A DNA stretch of 64,000 bases, from positions 32,001 to 96,000 of IMG/VR virus record IMGVR_UViG_3300036790_000396; one strand, written 5' to 3'. Source of the stretch: a virus. A model generated the notes under the pieces. The model did no database searches. It saw only the letters and a program-made list of their open reading frames with translations, and had not been told where the DNA came from. Made by a program: the position numbers and the translations under genes. Positions 61,466 through 64,000 of this stretch are shown piece after piece. Numbering within the stretch: position 1 is the first letter of the stretch; each line of letters starts with the position of its first letter.

Positions 61466-64000
61466 AGGTCAGGTTCTCGCCGACGGCGGCGCTCCAGCGC
61501 GACCAGGCGGTCGCCCAGGGCATGAGCCGGATGCTCGCCCGCGGCGCGGAAGGCGCCCGCGATGACATGACCCCCGAGGTCGCCGAGGCCCGCATCAACC
61601 GGCGGGCATCGCTGCGCCGGACCGGCAGCTACGGCGGGGGAGGAGGCGGCGGAGCCTCTGGAGGCTTCTCGGACATTCAGTTCGCAACCGGGAGGCCCAG
61701 GGATCCTCTCTTCTACTGGAGGCAGAACAACCTCCCGTACGACTTCAGCCAGAACGAGGAGCTGGCGAAAGTCCGTGCCTTCTGCCGGCTGCTGTACCAG
61801 ACCGACCCGATTGTCGGGTCCTGCATCGACATCTTCACGAAGTTCCCCACGATCGGGATGAACCTGGAGTGCCTCGGGCGTGACACGGGAGTCCTGACGC
61901 GCCAGGGCATGCGTCCTATCGGCGAGCTAGCCGGATCTGCCCAGGAGATCCTGACCGTCGGCGGCAAGTGGGCTACGGCGAAGTTCGAGAATTACGGCAG
62001 CAGGCGCCTTTACAAGATCACCCTGCGCCGTAACCGTCGTGAGAAGACGATTTACGCCACAGAAAATCACCGCTGGTTCCGCTGGAATGCGGACAAGGAA
62101 GCAAGGCGCTACGAGGGATCTTTCAATCCTGCTTCTAAGGTTTCGTGGGAGGATGTTCGAGAAATAAGGCTTAAATACGCTGAAGGCGATATTACTCAGA
62201 AGGACCTGGCTTCAGAGTACGGGATAACTCAGCCGGCGATCGGCCAGATAATCAGGCATGGCACCTGGAAGAATCCTCCCGCTGAGAAAAAGGAGCAGGC
62301 AACTAGAGCCTTTCCGGTGAAGGAAGAGGCAGTCACCGCTGACCTCATGCCGGGAGACCGGCTTGTCAGCGGGTGGTCGAAGAACCTCATCCATTCGACG
62401 TTTCCTTCTCCTTTTGGGATCGCGCATGGCATGACGTACGGAGACGGTTCTCTGGAGACATCCGGAGGCGGCTCCTACATCACGCTGTACGGGGTGAAGG
62501 ATCTCCAGATGCTGCCGTATTTCAACGGCTGCCATGTGACGGATCCTCCCTCTGAAGCTCGCCGGAACGGAAGGCGCGTCAGCGGCCTTCCGTCTTCGTT
62601 CAGGCAGCGCCCGACCTTGGACGAAGGGACTTCCTACCTGTACGGCTGGCTGGCTGGCTACTTTGCGGCAGACGGCACCGTGTCCAGTGGCGGAGAGTGC
62701 TACCTAGATACTGCTTTTGAAGACAATGCCAGGTTCATTCAGCATCTCTGCACAGTCTTGGGAATCAAGACCTATGACTATTACGCGTACACGGTGCCCT
62801 TTGTTCAGACGCCTCAGGGAGCTGTCTACGAAAATCACGAATCATACCGCGTGCCCATCGATTCTGCGTCTCTTACGAAGGATTTCTTCTGCATCAGCGA
62901 GCATCGTGCGCGATGGGAAGGGCGCAAGGAACGTCAGCGACGAGAAGAATGGACTGTCATAGGAGTAGAGCGTACAGACCAGGTCGAAGAGGTTTTCTGC
63001 GCTAAGGTTCCCGAAACGGAATCTTTTGTCATCGAGGGAAATATCCTCACCGGAAACTGCAAGGACAGCCGGCTGGAGGATTTCCACGGCGGCCTGTTCT
63101 TCGACGAGGACCATCTCGACTACGAGGAGTTCCTCGTCGACATCGGCCGCGAGTACTGGACTTCCGGGGAGGCGTGGCCGTTCGCCACGTTCAACGAGGA
63201 TCTCGGCATCTGGGATGACGAGGAGCTGCTCAACCCCGACGACGTCAAGGTCGAGCGCAGCCCGTTCCTGAAGGAGCCCCGCTACTTCATCCGGCTCCCG
63301 TGGACCATCCGGCAGATCCTGCAGACGCGCCAGCCCCAGTACGAGTACTCCCGCCTCGTGCAGGAGTACCCCGAGCTGACCGCCTACACGGCGGAGAACA
63401 CGTTCATGCCCGTGTCGAACGTGCTGCTGCGCCAGCTGAAGTTCCGCGGCGACACGTTCAACGTCCGCGGCCTCCCGCTGCTGACCCGCGCCATGCGCGC
63501 GATGCTGCAGAAGGAGATGCTCAACACCGCGCTGGACTCGATCGCGGACCGGCTCTACACGCCGCTGATCCTGTGCAAGCTCGGCGCCTCCGCCACCGAC
63601 CTCGGGACCAGCCAGCCGTGGATCCCCACCGAGGACGACATGGAGAACTTCGAGCTGGCCCTCGACGCCGCCCTCGCCGGGGACTTCCGTGCCCTGATCT
63701 ACAACTTCGCCGTCGACATGGCGCCCGTCCTGGGCCGCGAGCAGATGCCCGACCTCACCCCTGACTTCGAGCGGATCGAGGACACGGTGCTGCAGGTCTT
63801 CGGGCTGTCCCGCACGCTGCTCACCGGTGCCGGGGCCGGGCAGACCTACGCCGCCGACGCGCTGAACAAGGATCTCGTCACCCAGCTGATGAGCCGGTAC
63901 CAGAAGTTCCTTGCCCGCCACTTCCGGCAGCGCGCCCAGGTCGTCGCCGAGGCCCAGGAGCACTACGACTACCGCGAGCACGGCGGCAAGAGGTACGTCA
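61462..64000 (+). CDS. Probable portal protein, intein-containing, 3' truncated; absent from the ORF track because it has no stop in the window
   Basis: GTG 61462 with GGAGG; frame read open through the intein and into the C-extein; DPIVGSCIDIF..FP, YWTSGEAWP, LLNPDDV, RGLPLL.R portal-like motifs. Confidence 0.75.
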   Translation, partial: MKVRFSPTAALQRDQAVAQGMSRMLARGAEGARDDMTPEVAEARINRRASLRRTGSYGGGGGGGASGGFSDIQFATGRPRDPLFYWRQNNLPYDFSQNEELAKVRAFCRLLYQTDPIVGSCIDIFTKFPTIGMNLECLGRDTGVLTRQGMRPIGELAGSAQEILTVGGKWATAKFENYGSRRLYKITLRRNRREKTIYATENHRWFRWNADKEARRYEGSFNPASKVSWEDVREIRLKYAEGDITQKDLASEYGITQPAIGQIIRHGTWKNPPAEKKEQATRAFPVKEEAVTADLMPGDRLVSGWSKNLIHSTFPSPFGIAHGMTYGDGSLETSGGGSYITLYGVKDLQMLPYFNGCHVTDPPSEARRNGRRVSGLPSSFRQRPTLDEGTSYLYGWLAGYFAADGTVSSGGECYLDTAFEDNARFIQHLCTVLGIKTYDYYAYTVPFVQTPQGAVYENHESYRVPIDSASLTKDFFCISEHRARWEGRKERQRREEWTVIGVERTDQVEEVFCAKVPETESFVIEGNILTGNCKDSRLEDFHGGLFFDEDHLDYEEFLVDIGREYWTSGEAWPFATFNEDLGIWDDEELLNPDDVKVERSPFLKEPRYFIRLPWTIRQILQTRQPQYEYSRLVQEYPELTAYTAENTFMPVSNVLLRQLKFRGDTFNVRGLPLLTRAMRAMLQKEMLNTALDSIADRLYTPLILCKLGASATDLGTSQPWIPTEDDMENFELALDAALAGDFRALIYNFAVDMAPVLGREQMPDLTPDFERIEDTVLQVFGLSRTLLTGAGAGQTYAADALNKDLVTQLMSRYQKFLARHFRQRAQVVAEAQEHYDYREHGGKRYV
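61870..63057 (+). mobile_element. Intein (396 aa) with LAGLIDADG endonuclease and an inserted HTH
   Basis: E|CLGRDT...ATENHRW...HGMTYGDG...WLAGYFAADG...EEVFCA...NILTGN|C; lower GC. Confidence 0.92.

Noticed and set aside
1-64000. tRNA or rRNA genes, integrase or att sites, prophage boundary
   Set aside because: None recognisable by eye and no host housekeeping genes seen; tRNAscan-SE or Aragorn would be needed to exclude tRNAs formally

Overview
This 64 kb window is a segment of a large, high-GC (roughly 70% by eye) tailed actinobacteriophage. The gene set and order resemble big actinobacterial myoviruses such as mycobacteriophage cluster C and Rhodococcus E3-like phages; that assignment is inference and no database search was run. 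Left to right: the end of a beta-helix (tailspike-like) gene; divergent DinG and SNF2 helicases; a GH25-like endolysin; a replication and recombination operon (5'-3' exonuclease, Prim-Pol/SF3 primase-helicase, a mirror-symmetric iteron origin candidate, J-like protein, gp32-like SSB, DnaE, RecA, three resolvase/nuclease genes); terminase; two giant multi-enzyme proteins; and head-region genes interleaved with leftward islands of small genes, ending in the portal gene, which the window truncates. Main highlights: (1) A candidate virion-cargo system: polyproteins strung with about 8 ADP-ribosyltransferase-like domains plus zincin, GNAT, nucleotidyltransferase, ParB, NUDIX and 2H domains, joined by recurrent basic-x-Ala and LRHFA linkers that also occur in head proteins and look like prohead-protease sites. 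(2) A likely programmed -1 frameshift (G GAT TTT plus a hairpin) that extends a head-region protein. (3) Five inteins, three of them one paralogous family in the terminase, a Zn-ribbon head protein and the portal. (4) An 18-bp inverted repeat TAYCAA-N6-TTGRTA overlapping extended -10 promoters at all five divergent junctions. (5) A C5 methyltransferase split by a frameshift at a G6 run. No tRNA, rRNA, CRISPR array or integrase was seen. All functional calls rest on motif reading by eye.
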